Positions 54,214 through 64,000 of a stretch of DNA of 64,000 bases are shown one piece after another (position 1 is the first letter of the stretch; every line of letters begins with the position of its first letter). The translations under genes were made by a program, and so were the position numbers. The stretch is taken from contig CAVPBK010000011.1 in the NCBI GenBank assembly GCA_963701855.1, forward strand, positions 160,001-224,000, read 5' to 3'. Source of the stretch: Nitrospirota bacterium. GTDB taxonomy: Bacteria; Nitrospirota; Nitrospiria; Nitrospirales; Nitrospiraceae. The notes under the pieces are model-generated. The model did no database searches. It worked only from the letters and a program-made list of their open reading frames with translations, and was not told the DNA's origin.

Positions 54214-55881
54214 TCAGTTGTGGGTTACGAGACTACTGCTATCAAACCGGATTCTCATGTCACCGCTTAGCGCCGAATCGACATAGCGTTGGGAGGAATT
54301 TTCCCTGGCCTTCCCTAGGTTGTAGACCCGTAGCCTAAGCCCAGGGACATTCTTGCAGGAGGCCATGTCCATGTTCGTCTGAGCGACCTCTACTCCATGG
54401 CCGACTCGCGTAAACACAACGGAACGACGGTATTGAAACCAGGACACCACCGTGCCTGCGCTACTACACCAGGCACCTTTCTGTTTCAGTCCACAAATCA
54501 AGTCGGCGTAGAACTCTCCCCACAATCGTTCAGGCGCAATGCTTCGATCGTGCCAGTTGAATGTGACGGCACCGCCGAATTGACGCGCACAGTCGACAAT
54601 TTCGCCAATCCGTCTATCTGCTTCCTCAAACGTAAGATTGAGATAGTCCGGATAGAACAATGCTGTATCCATCACATGCAAGGGGAGCTCGAGCAAGCTG
54701 GTTGTCTGCAATGGTTTATAGACTTGAGCAGTTCCAGCTCGATACCCGACCGTCTGGTTATACCCAACGGTTGAATCGTAGGAGAAACCTGCCTTCTCTA
54801 GAACAACTGGAGAATTGTCATCGAAATACAGCCAATGCATCCGTACTCCGATGTTCTTCGCACCCGTAATGTTCGTAATCTGCGCCATTTCTTTCTGACC
54901 TTTTGCGCTGTCTATCCATGCATCAATACCATGGAGCCCGATCTCCCGGCCGGCAGAAACAAATGTCTGGAGCCGCTCAGCAATGTCAGCCGCCCCATAG
55001 CCAGACGCTCGGATTCGTGGCGCCGGCCCCGATGCCGTTCTTCCCGGTTTGTCCTTAAATGGCAGCACGAAGAAGGTGGAATCCAAGTCTTTTTCTATCG
55101 CCAAGTACCCATCGAAGTCATACCAAAAATCTTTTGCAAGACCTAGATGAACAAAAGGCAACTTTACAGCTGCCCACCAGTTTGTCATGAGATGACGAAA
55201 TGGAATCCTCCCTTGAAGCACCCGGATGAATGAACCAATCACTGCCCGGTACAAGAATCCAAACGTGGTGTGGTCCCATTTGTGCCGTCGGATTGAGGGG
55301 TGATCGACATCATGGGTTAGGCAAGCAATGAATGTATGCCCCTCTGGAATCGGTGGGATTTCTACCAATGGGATACCAGATTCGACGAGAAGATCGCGCA
55401 AGACAGCAATATGCATCTCCAATGTCGGGGTGCCGGCATTTTCGGGTGGTTGGCCATCCGTGAGCAACATTCGAATTTCTTGGAACAGATCATAGCCAAT
55501 GCGCGCCACAACCTTGCTGCCGGATTTGATCAGAGATCCTGCTGACTGTTGGGACTCTTCGTCTTTCAGGAGGCTAACGCCCTTACTCAGAAACGTGATG
55601 TGGTTGCCGTAAATCGGGAGCCGGCTACCTTTGTAGGACAGTGTTCCATTTTTTCGATGAGAGATGATCTCGATCTTTTCCTCCTCATCAAAGAGGGTTT
55701 CTTGGCCGGCATAGACTACGACGAGATTCGCCGTGGCACCTTGCGCGCCGGGATCTTCCCGAGCACACAGCACAACTTCGTACTGCCCTTCAGACCGATA
55801 GAACTCCCATGGAGTCTTGAACAGCTCGAAGAACTCGCGAACAAGAATATATTCTCCTGGATTTGCCACGACGCCTATCAT
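54214..55881 (-). CDS. Polysaccharide deacetylase-family protein
   Basis: LTHDVD, EIGLHG, RMHWL, YDST, NWH. Confidence 0.8.
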   Translation of the reverse strand: MIGVVANPGEYILVREFFELFKTPWEFYRSEGQYEVVLCAREDPGAQGATANLVVVYAGQETLFDEEEKIEIISHRKNGTLSYKGSRLPIYGNHITFLSKGVSLLKDEESQQSAGSLIKSGSKVVARIGYDLFQEIRMLLTDGQPPENAGTPTLEMHIAVLRDLLVESGIPLVEIPPIPEGHTFIACLTHDVDHPSIRRHKWDHTTFGFLYRAVIGSFIRVLQGRIPFRHLMTNWWAAVKLPFVHLGLAKDFWYDFDGYLAIEKDLDSTFFVLPFKDKPGRTASGPAPRIRASGYGAADIAERLQTFVSAGREIGLHGIDAWIDSAKGQKEMAQITNITGAKNIGVRMHWLYFDDNSPVVLEKAGFSYDSTVGYNQTVGYRAGTAQVYKPLQTTSLLELPLHVMDTALFYPDYLNLTFEEADRRIGEIVDCARQFGGAVTFNWHDRSIAPERLWGEFYADLICGLKQKGAWCSSAGTVVSWFQYRRSVVFTRVGHGVEVAQTNMDMASCKNVPGLRLRVYNLGKARENSSQRYVDSALSGDMRIRFDSSSLVTHN

Positions 55882-55909
55882 GATGGATGGGGGTATCCTC
55901 GCAGATGAG

Positions 55910-56144
55910 TTAGCAGGTTGTTGACAAAGTCCGCCAGCACAAAGAAGGTTGAGGTTCAGGCTAAGGTTGAGAAAAAGAGAGTCTGATCTTCGCTAAACCT
56001 TGACCTTAATCTCAGCCTATATCAGAAGCTGCGGCCTTGCTGGACGGCCTTTCTGAACAGCCTGCGATGGCTTCTGAACAGGTCTGTGAGTATCCGCGCC
56101 TTCCGTTTCTTCCATGCTCAATTAGTTTGTCTACACCCTGTTAG
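55910..56144. mobile_element. MITE-like element family A
   Basis: ttagcaggttgttgacaaa ... tttgtctacaccctgttag; core nearly identical to 59624 copy. Confidence 0.8.
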
Positions 56145-57346
56145 ACGACGCTGCTCTGATTGGTCGATGCCACTCGGAGCAAGAGATGAGCTAGGGCTCT
56201 AAACATCGTACCCTGCCCCCAATGAAGCATGGGCGTTTTCGCTTTCATGATTGGGTATTGCCGATAGTAAAAATAGCCCTTCCTGTCTTGCATATTACGG
56301 ATCGTCCAAGCCGCAACTCGTTTGGCCAATGCCAATGACGCTGGGTCGTCTTCTGAAACGAAGGCCAGTGTATCGATTGCTTGTCCCGCACATTGGATAT
56401 CGACCGGGTACGTTCGCGTATGGTAATACTTCGGCCTTCCGCTCTGCTCAAAGAAATTGGCCTTGTAAAAGGCGAGCCCTTTCTCGAAGTTCTGGCGATA
56501 CGAATCGTCGCCTGTCGCGTCGGCATAATGTTTTAGACCATCCAGATTATATCCAGTGTGGAAATTGTCGATCCAATGGTTCGCCGCATTCTCGGCGTAC
56601 CACCACGATCCATCCGGTCGCTGGCGCGAGCAAGTGTATTCCATCGCTCCGCGTGCAACACGCCTGCATTCCTGGCTGCCGGTATGTTTTGCCGTTCTCG
56701 CTAATATGCCGGCTCCTAGCATATTGGCATTGTGAATTGAGCTCTGAACATGAGCCAAATAGCTTATGCAGTCCCCCTTCTCGGTTTTTTCACGGGGTAA
56801 ATCGAGGATCCAGTTACATACGCTATCTGCAATACGCAAAAACCATTCGTTCCCCGTCACTTCGAACGCGTCGATGTATGCGTGGCCGATCAATGCTGTC
56901 CACACAATGATCGGATCGTCTTTTGTATATCGGCCTCCGCGCGAAACAAAATCAAAATGATTACTCCAACTATGATATTGGAACCGGGCTACCTTGTGCT
57001 TATCAAGCCATTCCAAGCAATCAATTGCTTTATCAAGATACTCCTGCTGTTTTGTGACTCGATAGCGCATCACATATCCTGAGGCCATATATCCCCGCCC
57101 TTTTGTGGAGTCTTTTGGCTTCACTCCAAATGCTGGGCGTAAATTCAGCGGGCACTGGCGGATCAATTGTTGAAGCAGCCGCTCTGCAAGGAGACCACCA
57201 CATGCAAGCGGACGAAACCAGGACGACAGTCCGTCGAACGGTTCATATCCACGGTACCCCTGCTGCTCGACCCATCCTTGCGCTCGAGCAAGGCTTTGCT
57301 GGATCTCCTGAGGAGTGATTGCATCCGAACCACTATCGTGGTTCAT
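56141..57346 (-). CDS. Alpha/alpha-toroid (glycosidase/epimerase-like) protein of polysaccharide loci
   Basis: GYEPFDGL, IHNANMLGA, QRPDGSWWY, WIDNFHTGY, YFYY, HWGQ. Confidence 0.65.
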   Translation of the reverse strand: MNHDSGSDAITPQEIQQSLARAQGWVEQQGYRGYEPFDGLSSWFRPLACGGLLAERLLQQLIRQCPLNLRPAFGVKPKDSTKGRGYMASGYVMRYRVTKQQEYLDKAIDCLEWLDKHKVARFQYHSWSNHFDFVSRGGRYTKDDPIIVWTALIGHAYIDAFEVTGNEWFLRIADSVCNWILDLPREKTEKGDCISYLAHVQSSIHNANMLGAGILARTAKHTGSQECRRVARGAMEYTCSRQRPDGSWWYAENAANHWIDNFHTGYNLDGLKHYADATGDDSYRQNFEKGLAFYKANFFEQSGRPKYYHTRTYPVDIQCAGQAIDTLAFVSEDDPASLALAKRVAAWTIRNMQDRKGYFYYRQYPIMKAKTPMLHWGQGTMFRALAHLLLRVASTNQSSVV

Positions 57347-59604
57347 GTGGTCCGATCTCCATTGTTTAGAAGGTCTGCGGCGCTCCTCACCAACTTCTCC
57401 CTCTCTTTACTCCACGCATGTTCCAGATATACCGCTTGTCCTCGATGTGTTATCTCAAGGGCCTCTTTCGGGTGCAATGCAACCCATGTGAGTTTCAGCG
57501 CAAGGTCATCCGCGGTTCCAAGTTCAAAGAATACCAGCGCATCATCGTTAAAGTAGTCTTCAATGCCTGGAGCGCGAGGTGCTACAACAGGTTTCCCCAA
57601 TGCCAGGTACTCGAAAATCCGAGTCGGCGTGTTGATTTCCGTGAAGATACTCCGCTTATTCGGGATGACGCCTACATCGCATTCCTCAATCGCCTGAACG
57701 AGCTCTTCCAGCCGTCTTGGCCCGAGATAATAGACTGCTTTCTCCAGGCCCTTCTCAGACACGGTCAGCATGACCTGATCCAAGAATGGTGTCCGAGGAC
57801 CATAAATCCTCAATTCTGCTGCAGGGACGGATTGGCGCACCTTTATTAGTGCCTCCACCGCTAAATCTACACCGTTCCGCTCTACTAACGTGCCGTGATA
57901 CATGATGACGAAGGGAGCATTCACCTCATCTGACTGCCTGTTCCTCAGTTGCGCTGGAGCATACTTGAATATTCGCTCGTCCGGTGAATTCATAATGACC
58001 GTGACTTTTGACGGTGAACAACTGCGTGACACAAACAGCTTTTCGCAAGCGCGGTTCACAGTCAACACCACATCGGCACAGGTGATGCTCCACTTCTCGA
58101 GACGGGCCATCAGCCTCACTGCCGGGCTCTCCCTCCGCAGATTGTAGATCGTCATCATGAGCTCCGGCATTGGATCGTGCAGATCCAATATCACCTTGGC
58201 ACCAAACAACTTGGGAACCAAGGCAGCGAGAACGAGAACATCCGGCATATTATGAATGTGCACGATATGGTACGGCCTTGTCAGGGAGCGAGCAGCAAGC
58301 TTCGCAAACGCGATCATGATAAACAGGCAATACCGAAGCATATAGTTCAGTTTAGAACCACGGTTATGCTTGAAAGCAATCCGGTCGATCTCAATTCCCT
58401 TGAATGTGTCCCGCTTTGGGCTTCCCTCATCAATAAGGCATATCACCTCGACGCTCATGCCGGCATGCACAAAGGTTTCTGCCGCCCTGCGTGGACGTGG
58501 GTCACCTGGGAAACTTGAAAACGAAACCACTGCCATGCGCTTTCCTTGCAAACAGGAAATCCCAGGACTCTGAGCCTCTGACCGATCTCCTGTCTGAAGA
58601 TCGGCTGGACTCTCGGAGAAGACATCCTGAGCCTTCGGATGAGACATTGCAGCCTTCTCTTGAGCGAGCGAACTTCTATTCACACCTGACCCAGGGACCA
58701 TATTCGTATAGAAATAGTGCGCGACGTCTTTTGGCAACGCACACCAACACTGATCAGCATAGCGATCGGCAACATATTCGAGCAGATCCCGATACAGCTG
58801 CTGACTGTACTCACCGAGACGCTTCTGGCCGTTGAAACCTATGTAGTCCGGATGGACAATTACCAATGCTAAGCCACCTTTTTGAGCTACCCAATCGAGC
58901 TTACGCTTCCATATGTCGATCGAGTCTTCTTTCAACAATATAAACAGAGTGGAATCTTGTGCCAGCGTATAGGGCATCTCGACATAACCGTGCTGTCCAT
59001 CTTGCGATACCCAGAACGGGAAAATCGTGTCTACCCCGTCAGGCTGAGGCTCAAATGGATCCGTGTCAAAGGTGGAACTGTCATAGAGAACGTTTACTTC
59101 ATCAAGCCATCTGAGATTATGCCGCATGAATCCTGAACGAAAACCTTCCGCACCCCATTGCTCTATGTACCGGTTTATCTTCTTCGCCCCACTCCTAAAG
59201 CTTCCCCAGGAACGATACAAACTTCCGTCATGATGTAGATCATGAACCCCTACTTCAAACCCGTGCGCCGTCAGAAATCCTCGCAGAGACTCCGGAACTC
59301 GATACTCCCCCTCCGGCACGAAGTTAAACGCGGAACGGAACCCGAGCTGAATTTCCAAGTCAGCCAATGCACGAGAACGATCCAATCCTTTCCTGGTTTC
59401 AACGTCGTGCGTGAGAACAAATGCGAACTGTTTACCTTCAGGCCAACCTGGCCACTTTGCCGGCACCTTGCACGCTGCCTCATTGATCGGCCAGGTATTG
59501 GTATGCCTCCGCCTCAGCCGGTTAGCCAGAATGCGCCGAAGCGCTAACCGAACCCTCAACGGAATGGCAGGCTTTGCCATATAATAGGCATCATTTAATA
59601 TCAT
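57343..59604 (-). CDS. Polysaccharide deacetylase-like domain fused to GT4 glycosyltransferase
   Basis: LTHDVE, GVHDLHH, YDSS, HPDY; then DPRPRR, HIHNMPD, PTRIFEYLALGKPVV. Confidence 0.85.
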   Translation of the reverse strand: MILNDAYYMAKPAIPLRVRLALRRILANRLRRRHTNTWPINEAACKVPAKWPGWPEGKQFAFVLTHDVETRKGLDRSRALADLEIQLGFRSAFNFVPEGEYRVPESLRGFLTAHGFEVGVHDLHHDGSLYRSWGSFRSGAKKINRYIEQWGAEGFRSGFMRHNLRWLDEVNVLYDSSTFDTDPFEPQPDGVDTIFPFWVSQDGQHGYVEMPYTLAQDSTLFILLKEDSIDIWKRKLDWVAQKGGLALVIVHPDYIGFNGQKRLGEYSQQLYRDLLEYVADRYADQCWCALPKDVAHYFYTNMVPGSGVNRSSLAQEKAAMSHPKAQDVFSESPADLQTGDRSEAQSPGISCLQGKRMAVVSFSSFPGDPRPRRAAETFVHAGMSVEVICLIDEGSPKRDTFKGIEIDRIAFKHNRGSKLNYMLRYCLFIMIAFAKLAARSLTRPYHIVHIHNMPDVLVLAALVPKLFGAKVILDLHDPMPELMMTIYNLRRESPAVRLMARLEKWSITCADVVLTVNRACEKLFVSRSCSPSKVTVIMNSPDERIFKYAPAQLRNRQSDEVNAPFVIMYHGTLVERNGVDLAVEALIKVRQSVPAAELRIYGPRTPFLDQVMLTVSEKGLEKAVYYLGPRRLEELVQAIEECDVGVIPNKRSIFTEINTPTRIFEYLALGKPVVAPRAPGIEDYFNDDALVFFELGTADDLALKLTWVALHPKEALEITHRGQAVYLEHAWSKEREKLVRSAADLLNNGDRTT

Positions 59605-59623
59605 GAGAAATCCATGACTCCGG

Positions 59624-59859
59624 CTAGCAGGCTGTTGACAAAGTCCGCCAGCACAAAGAAGGTTGAGGTTCAGGCTAAGGTTGAGAAAAAGAGAGTCTGA
59701 TCTTCGCTAAACCTTGACCTTAATCTCAGCCTATATCAGAAGCTGCGGCCTTGCTGGACGGCCTTTCTGAACAGCCTGCAGGCCATTCAGTTTCCGTCAG
59801 TGGTCTCAGAGGTGGTATCGCTTCCGGTGTCGTCATCTAGTTTGTCAACAAACTGCTAG
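59624..59859. mobile_element. MITE-like element family A, complete
   Basis: ctagcaggctgttgacaaa / tttgtcaacaaactgctag, CTAG at both ends. Confidence 0.82.
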
Positions 59860-59905
59860 AGCTCTTCGTCCGTATTTCGACGCGCGCATCAGGCCAAATC
59901 TCAAC

Positions 59906-60643
59906 TTATCCTCCTCTCCTAGCCTCGCGATCAACTTTTTGCATATTCGAGGACTCTATTGCCTTGAGAATATCCGAAGGGACCATTTTACTAAGGATCT
60001 CTATGTTGGCCATGACACAATGTCCCCCTATGACACCCGGGAAATACTTGACGCGAGGGAAGAATGGAATCTCATCGTAGATCGAGACAATTTCATCATA
60101 ATTCAGTCCCAGTTGATCGCAATAGCGTTCGACTTCCTGCGCCCATGCGATAATCAATCCGAAGTAGGTCGTCTCGGTCAGTTTTGCGAGTTCAGTCGCT
60201 TCGGGTGAGGACAGAATTCTCGTCTTCATGCCGACCGATTCGAAGTGTCGCGCAGCGCTCTCTCCGGATGCGGTATCGACTCCACCCACAAACTTGTCGT
60301 AATGCAGAAGATCTGCTGCCATGCGAATGTGTTTTCCGCGTACAGGACTATTGACAACAGTTGCGCCAGTTCGCTCTCCGACTGCACGCGTCGTCCCGAC
60401 TGCCACCGTGCTATGAATGACCGTAAGACGTGGATTGAACCGCTGAATATATCGAGCAGTTTCGCCGATAAAGTCATTGATTCTAAACGGGTAACAGACA
60501 TGCATGACCTCTATATCGCCTGCTGATTCGGCTGGAGGCGCAATGTCGACTCCGACCGTATTGTGGTGCCGCGAAATGACCTCAAGGAGAGGTTTCCCTA
60601 TTTCCCCTAACCCAATAACCATGACCTTCCCGGTTTTGCTCAT
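59906..60643 (-). CDS. Short UDP-glucose/GDP-mannose dehydrogenase-family protein
   Basis: IGLGEIG, HSTVAVGTT, TELAKL, GVIGGHC. Confidence 0.8.
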   Translation of the reverse strand: MSKTGKVMVIGLGEIGKPLLEVISRHHNTVGVDIAPPAESAGDIEVMHVCYPFRINDFIGETARYIQRFNPRLTVIHSTVAVGTTRAVGERTGATVVNSPVRGKHIRMAADLLHYDKFVGGVDTASGESAARHFESVGMKTRILSSPEATELAKLTETTYFGLIIAWAQEVERYCDQLGLNYDEIVSIYDEIPFFPRVKYFPGVIGGHCVMANIEILSKMVPSDILKAIESSNMQKVDREARRGG

Positions 60644-60673
60644 GTCATCACTCCTCTCATCATCAATTGCCGA

Positions 60674-61153
60674 TCACTGCGCCCGATCAACGAATACGAG
60701 CCACCAGTGGCACGGGGCTCGCAAGTCTCCGAACCGCCCTATGAGTAAGAACCATAGGGCGGTTCGGGTCGGAACATAGACTCTTTTCACGTAATGCCCC
60801 TGCTCGACGACGATATTGCCGTGGTCCTCATCCTCTGCACCCCCGGCGGACAACCCCATTGTGAAGGGCAAGTCCGAGGGCGCGACTCCATAGATCTTTA
60901 GTGTCGTGGCATATGGCTGGTCATGCTTATATCGTTCTGGAATCAAGAAGATCCCATACACATTATGCTGCCCCTGCCAAGGGCGAACAACTACCTGTAA
61001 CGCTCGGAACTTATGCTCTCCGGAACTTTCCGGAACCTCTAATCCACATACAGTCGTCGGCGACACATTCACCAGCCAGGCCATCACGATAGCCGCGGCT
61101 AGTGCCAGCAGGATCGAGACGCCCCACATACGCCTGCGAAATCCCCCGACCAC
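60674..61153 (-). CDS. Hypothetical membrane-anchored protein
   Basis: N-terminal TM helix, fills the gap in the operon. Confidence 0.55.
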   Translation of the reverse strand: MVGGFRRRMWGVSILLALAAAIVMAWLVNVSPTTVCGLEVPESSGEHKFRALQVVVRPWQGQHNVYGIFLIPERYKHDQPYATTLKIYGVAPSDLPFTMGLSAGGAEDEDHGNIVVEQGHYVKRVYVPTRTALWFLLIGRFGDLRAPCHWWLVFVDRAQ

Positions 61154-61232
61154 TAGAAATAATGCCTATGTTTTGCGTTTGAATAGCCTGTACTAATCAC
61201 GGCGGGTTGATGCGGAGGCATGGCGACTGATA

Positions 61233-62174
61233 TTACCCTCGCCAGGAGCTGGATCGCTGTGATTCGACCGGGGTGCCGAACTCCTGACTACGTCTCCCTA
61301 CAACTTTCCGGAATGCTTCTCGAAGTCTCTGCATCTGCTCTCTTTGATGGAATGCGACAAGTTGGGGGTCGATCGGTCTTTTTGTTCGGGAAACAAAAGC
61401 CCAGGCAAAGCCTGTCAGTAAGAGAGCGCCCCCAAGGAGATAGGGCTTGTTTCTCGCCTGTAGACATGATCTGAACAGTTCCCATAGAGGATGGCCCCCG
61501 AGATAGTAGTCTTGTCTGCCCAGGTTATACCAGGCCTTGAGTTTTCCGGATGATGCCGTGCCCATTGGACGGTGATGGTAACAAACTTTTTCCGAAAATG
61601 TTCTCGTTTTCCATCCTTTCATCCTGGCTGTGGTCACAGCAACCCAATCGATACCTCCGCCTTTTATCGGTCTGTACCCACCAACTTCTTCGAAGCATTG
61701 CCGACGAAAGAGCTGGCATGCCCCAGAGACATGTTCCACACTCGTGAACCGATAGTCGTAGGACTCCTTGCCCTCGACAAACGGGGTGCCGACAACGCCC
61801 AGGCCAGGATCTTCTGCGAGCGTCCCAAGAAGAAACTCAAAATAGTCTTTCTCGAACGTAATATCAGCGTCTAAATTCCCGATTACTTCATAAGAACACT
61901 CACCCACCCTCTGGTACCCGCCATTAAAACAATGTACCTTGGCTGCAAAGTTTCGGTCCCTCCGTTCAGGCATCCGCACCAACTCAATCCATGGATTTTC
62001 CAGAAGAAACCGTTTCACAAGCTCATCGGTACCATCCGTGGAGCCATCGCTGACAATAATCCATCTTACAGGACGAATCGTTTGAGCAATCACCGAACGA
62101 ATGGTCTGCTCGATGAACTGGGCTTCGTTTCTCGCAGGGGTAATCAATATGTAGCTGGGTAATTTCTTTTGCAT
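61233..62174 (-). CDS. Glycosyltransferase family 2
   Basis: ITPARNE, SDGSTD, NLDAD. Confidence 0.9.
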   Translation of the reverse strand: MQKKLPSYILITPARNEAQFIEQTIRSVIAQTIRPVRWIIVSDGSTDGTDELVKRFLLENPWIELVRMPERRDRNFAAKVHCFNGGYQRVGECSYEVIGNLDADITFEKDYFEFLLGTLAEDPGLGVVGTPFVEGKESYDYRFTSVEHVSGACQLFRRQCFEEVGGYRPIKGGGIDWVAVTTARMKGWKTRTFSEKVCYHHRPMGTASSGKLKAWYNLGRQDYYLGGHPLWELFRSCLQARNKPYLLGGALLLTGFAWAFVSRTKRPIDPQLVAFHQREQMQRLREAFRKVVGRRSQEFGTPVESQRSSSWRG

Positions 62175-62240
62175 ATTAGCTCAAGCAAAGCAGAACGCTT
62201 CATAACGTGGGGCACGCAAGATGGCATACCATTGTCTTTC

Positions 62241-63452
62241 CTACCTCGACCCGCTGCCGGGAACAGCGGGGAGAGATTTCAGCACCTCCGCCACGACGCG
62301 ATCCTGTTGCCGGGAGGTGAGCTCCGGGAACATGGGAAGCGACAACACCTGAGATACAGCTTTCTCCGCAACCGGGAAATCGCCGACACGAAAACCAAGT
62401 CCCTCGTAGGCTTTCGCCAGGTGAAGCGCAACCGGATAGTGAATCCCTGTGCTGACGCCGGCTTCGTCCAACCGTTTCTGAAGCTGAGCACGATCGGCAA
62501 CCCGCAATACGTAGAGATGGTACACCGATCGAGACCACTCCGGCTGATAGGGAAGCGTGATGCCTCCCTCCGCACCGGCAAAGAGTGTGTTGTAGCGAAG
62601 CGCAATGTCTCGGCGTTGTCCATTCCATTTCTTCAAATGGCGGAGCTTGGCACGTAGAAAGCCGGCTTGTATGGCGTCCAGTCTTCCATTGTAGCCCTCA
62701 ATGTCATGATAGTATTTCTTCGATTGGCCATGGTCGCGCAACATCCGGCAGGTCTGAGCCAAGTGTTCGTCGTCGGTCGTAATTGCACCGGCCTCTCCGA
62801 AGGCGCCCAAGTTTTTGCCAGGATAGAAGCTGAACGCCGCTGCGTGTCCCATGGACCCGGCCTTGCGCCAACGGTTTTCCTTCTTAGAGAAATACTCGGC
62901 GCCGTGCGCCTGGCAGGCATCTTCAATCACTTTGAGATTGTATTGGACTGCCAGATCAAGAATGGGGTCCATATCGGCCATTTGCCCATAGAGATGGACC
63001 GGAACGACTGCCGTCACCGGATTGCCCGTTCGGTTGTGGAAGGCCCGCTTCGCGCCTGCATCCCAAGAGCAGTCCTTCTCTAGGTACTGGCGGAGCTTCC
63101 CTGAATCTATGTTGTAGGTCCGCTCGTCGATGTCGACAAAATCAGGACGGGCGCCTGCCTGGGATATCGCCTCGGTCGTGGCGATAAACGTATTCGGCAC
63201 CGTGACCACGATATCGCCGGACCGTATACCCGCAGCGATGAGCGCAAATCGCAAGGCATCCGTGCCGCTGCCGACACCTACACAGAATCGCGATTCGCAA
63301 AACTTAGCGAAGTCCTCTTCGAATCCCTGGACCATCGGCCCGCCGATAAATCCTGCGGTACCGAGAGCCGTCTTGAGGATGTCGACGAACTCATCCTGCA
63401 GGTCCCGATGGACTGTCACGAGATCAAGAAATGGAATTTTTGCATCACTCAT
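62241..63452 (-). CDS. DegT/DnrJ/EryC1/StrS sugar aminotransferase
   Basis: SGTDAL, VHLYGQ, EDACQAHG, SFYPGKNLG. Confidence 0.93.
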   Translation of the reverse strand: MSDAKIPFLDLVTVHRDLQDEFVDILKTALGTAGFIGGPMVQGFEEDFAKFCESRFCVGVGSGTDALRFALIAAGIRSGDIVVTVPNTFIATTEAISQAGARPDFVDIDERTYNIDSGKLRQYLEKDCSWDAGAKRAFHNRTGNPVTAVVPVHLYGQMADMDPILDLAVQYNLKVIEDACQAHGAEYFSKKENRWRKAGSMGHAAAFSFYPGKNLGAFGEAGAITTDDEHLAQTCRMLRDHGQSKKYYHDIEGYNGRLDAIQAGFLRAKLRHLKKWNGQRRDIALRYNTLFAGAEGGITLPYQPEWSRSVYHLYVLRVADRAQLQKRLDEAGVSTGIHYPVALHLAKAYEGLGFRVGDFPVAEKAVSQVLSLPMFPELTSRQQDRVVAEVLKSLPAVPGSGSR

Positions 63453-63474
63453 GGTTGGCTCCCTGCTTAGGTAG

Positions 63475-63585
63475 ATAGGCTGAAGACCGAAGGTTGTCTA
63501 GGCTGAAGGTCATCGGACTATCGGAGGTCCGGATACTTCAAGTAACTAGACAGACCCGTCAGACTAAATCAGCCTTCAGCCTGAA
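63475..63585. repeat. Short intergenic repeat/palindrome
   Basis: aggctgaag twice, pairing with ccttcagcctg. Confidence 0.45.
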
Positions 63586-63596
63586 CCCCTGGATCG

Positions 63597-64000
63597 CTAC
63601 CGCGATCCAAGATACCGCAACACTCTCCCCGGATTTCCTACCACGATCGCGTTCGCCGGCACATCGCTGGTCACGACACTGCCGGCGCCGATCAACGCAT
63701 TTTCGCCGATCACCACGTTCGATAGGATGGTTGCTCCCGATCCGATTGACGCGCCTCTTTTCACCAGAGTGACCTCGACCTTCCAATCTGCTTCAGTCTG
63801 AAGGGCGCCTGTGGCGCTTGTCGCACGAGGGAACGAGTCGTTGACGAACGTGACATTATGCCCGATGAGGACTTCGTCCTCGATCGTCACACCTTCACAG
63901 ATGAAGGTATGACTCGATATCTTGCACCGTTTGCCGACTTTGGCATTCTTTTGAACTTCGACGAAGGCCCCGATTTTTGTGTCATCACCGACCTCGCAGC
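63597..64000 (-). CDS. Hexapeptide-repeat sugar N-acyltransferase, 5' end outside window
   Basis: IGAFVEVQKNA, SSHTFICEGV, ASIGSGAT, VGNPGR. Confidence 0.88.
   Translation of the reverse strand, partial: CEVGDDTKIGAFVEVQKNAKVGKRCKISSHTFICEGVTIEDEVLIGHNVTFVNDSFPRATSATGALQTEADWKVEVTLVKRGASIGSGATILSNVVIGENALIGAGSVVTSDVPANAIVVGNPGRVLRYLGSR

Overview
Bacterial chromosomal window, probably from a Nitrospira-like organism (inferred from gene families and repeat style, not proven). 1-10 kb: housekeeping genes (ArsC/Spx, degenerate GGDEF membrane protein, RNase D, J-domain protein, ACT-malic enzyme, small secreted K/D/E-repeat peptide, YyaL-aldo/keto reductase fusion). 10-19 kb: accessory surface-protein region with a vapBC module enclosed by heptamer-repeat hairpins, two PEP-CTERM genes each followed by a PilZ remnant, an FN3 lipoprotein and a tandem FN3-repeat protein. 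19-34 kb: PEP-CTERM/exosortase system (PrsT-like TPR, PrsR, PrsK, FemAB-like, exosortase, priming sugar transferase, ExeA-like ATPase) plus a stand-alone degenerate GGDEF protein retaining RxxD. 35-64 kb: minus-strand exopolysaccharide cluster (Wzx, Wzy-like, GT2/GT4/GT9, methyl- and acyltransferases, AlgI/AlgJ-like, deacetylases, amino-sugar enzymes) running off the window. Intergenic DNA carries a modular family of CTAG-bounded MITE-like elements, heptamer-repeat palindromes and IS3/IS630 remnants. Many otherwise intact genes have single-base (mostly +1) frameshifts that look like long-read consensus errors. No rRNA, tRNA or CRISPR array was seen.
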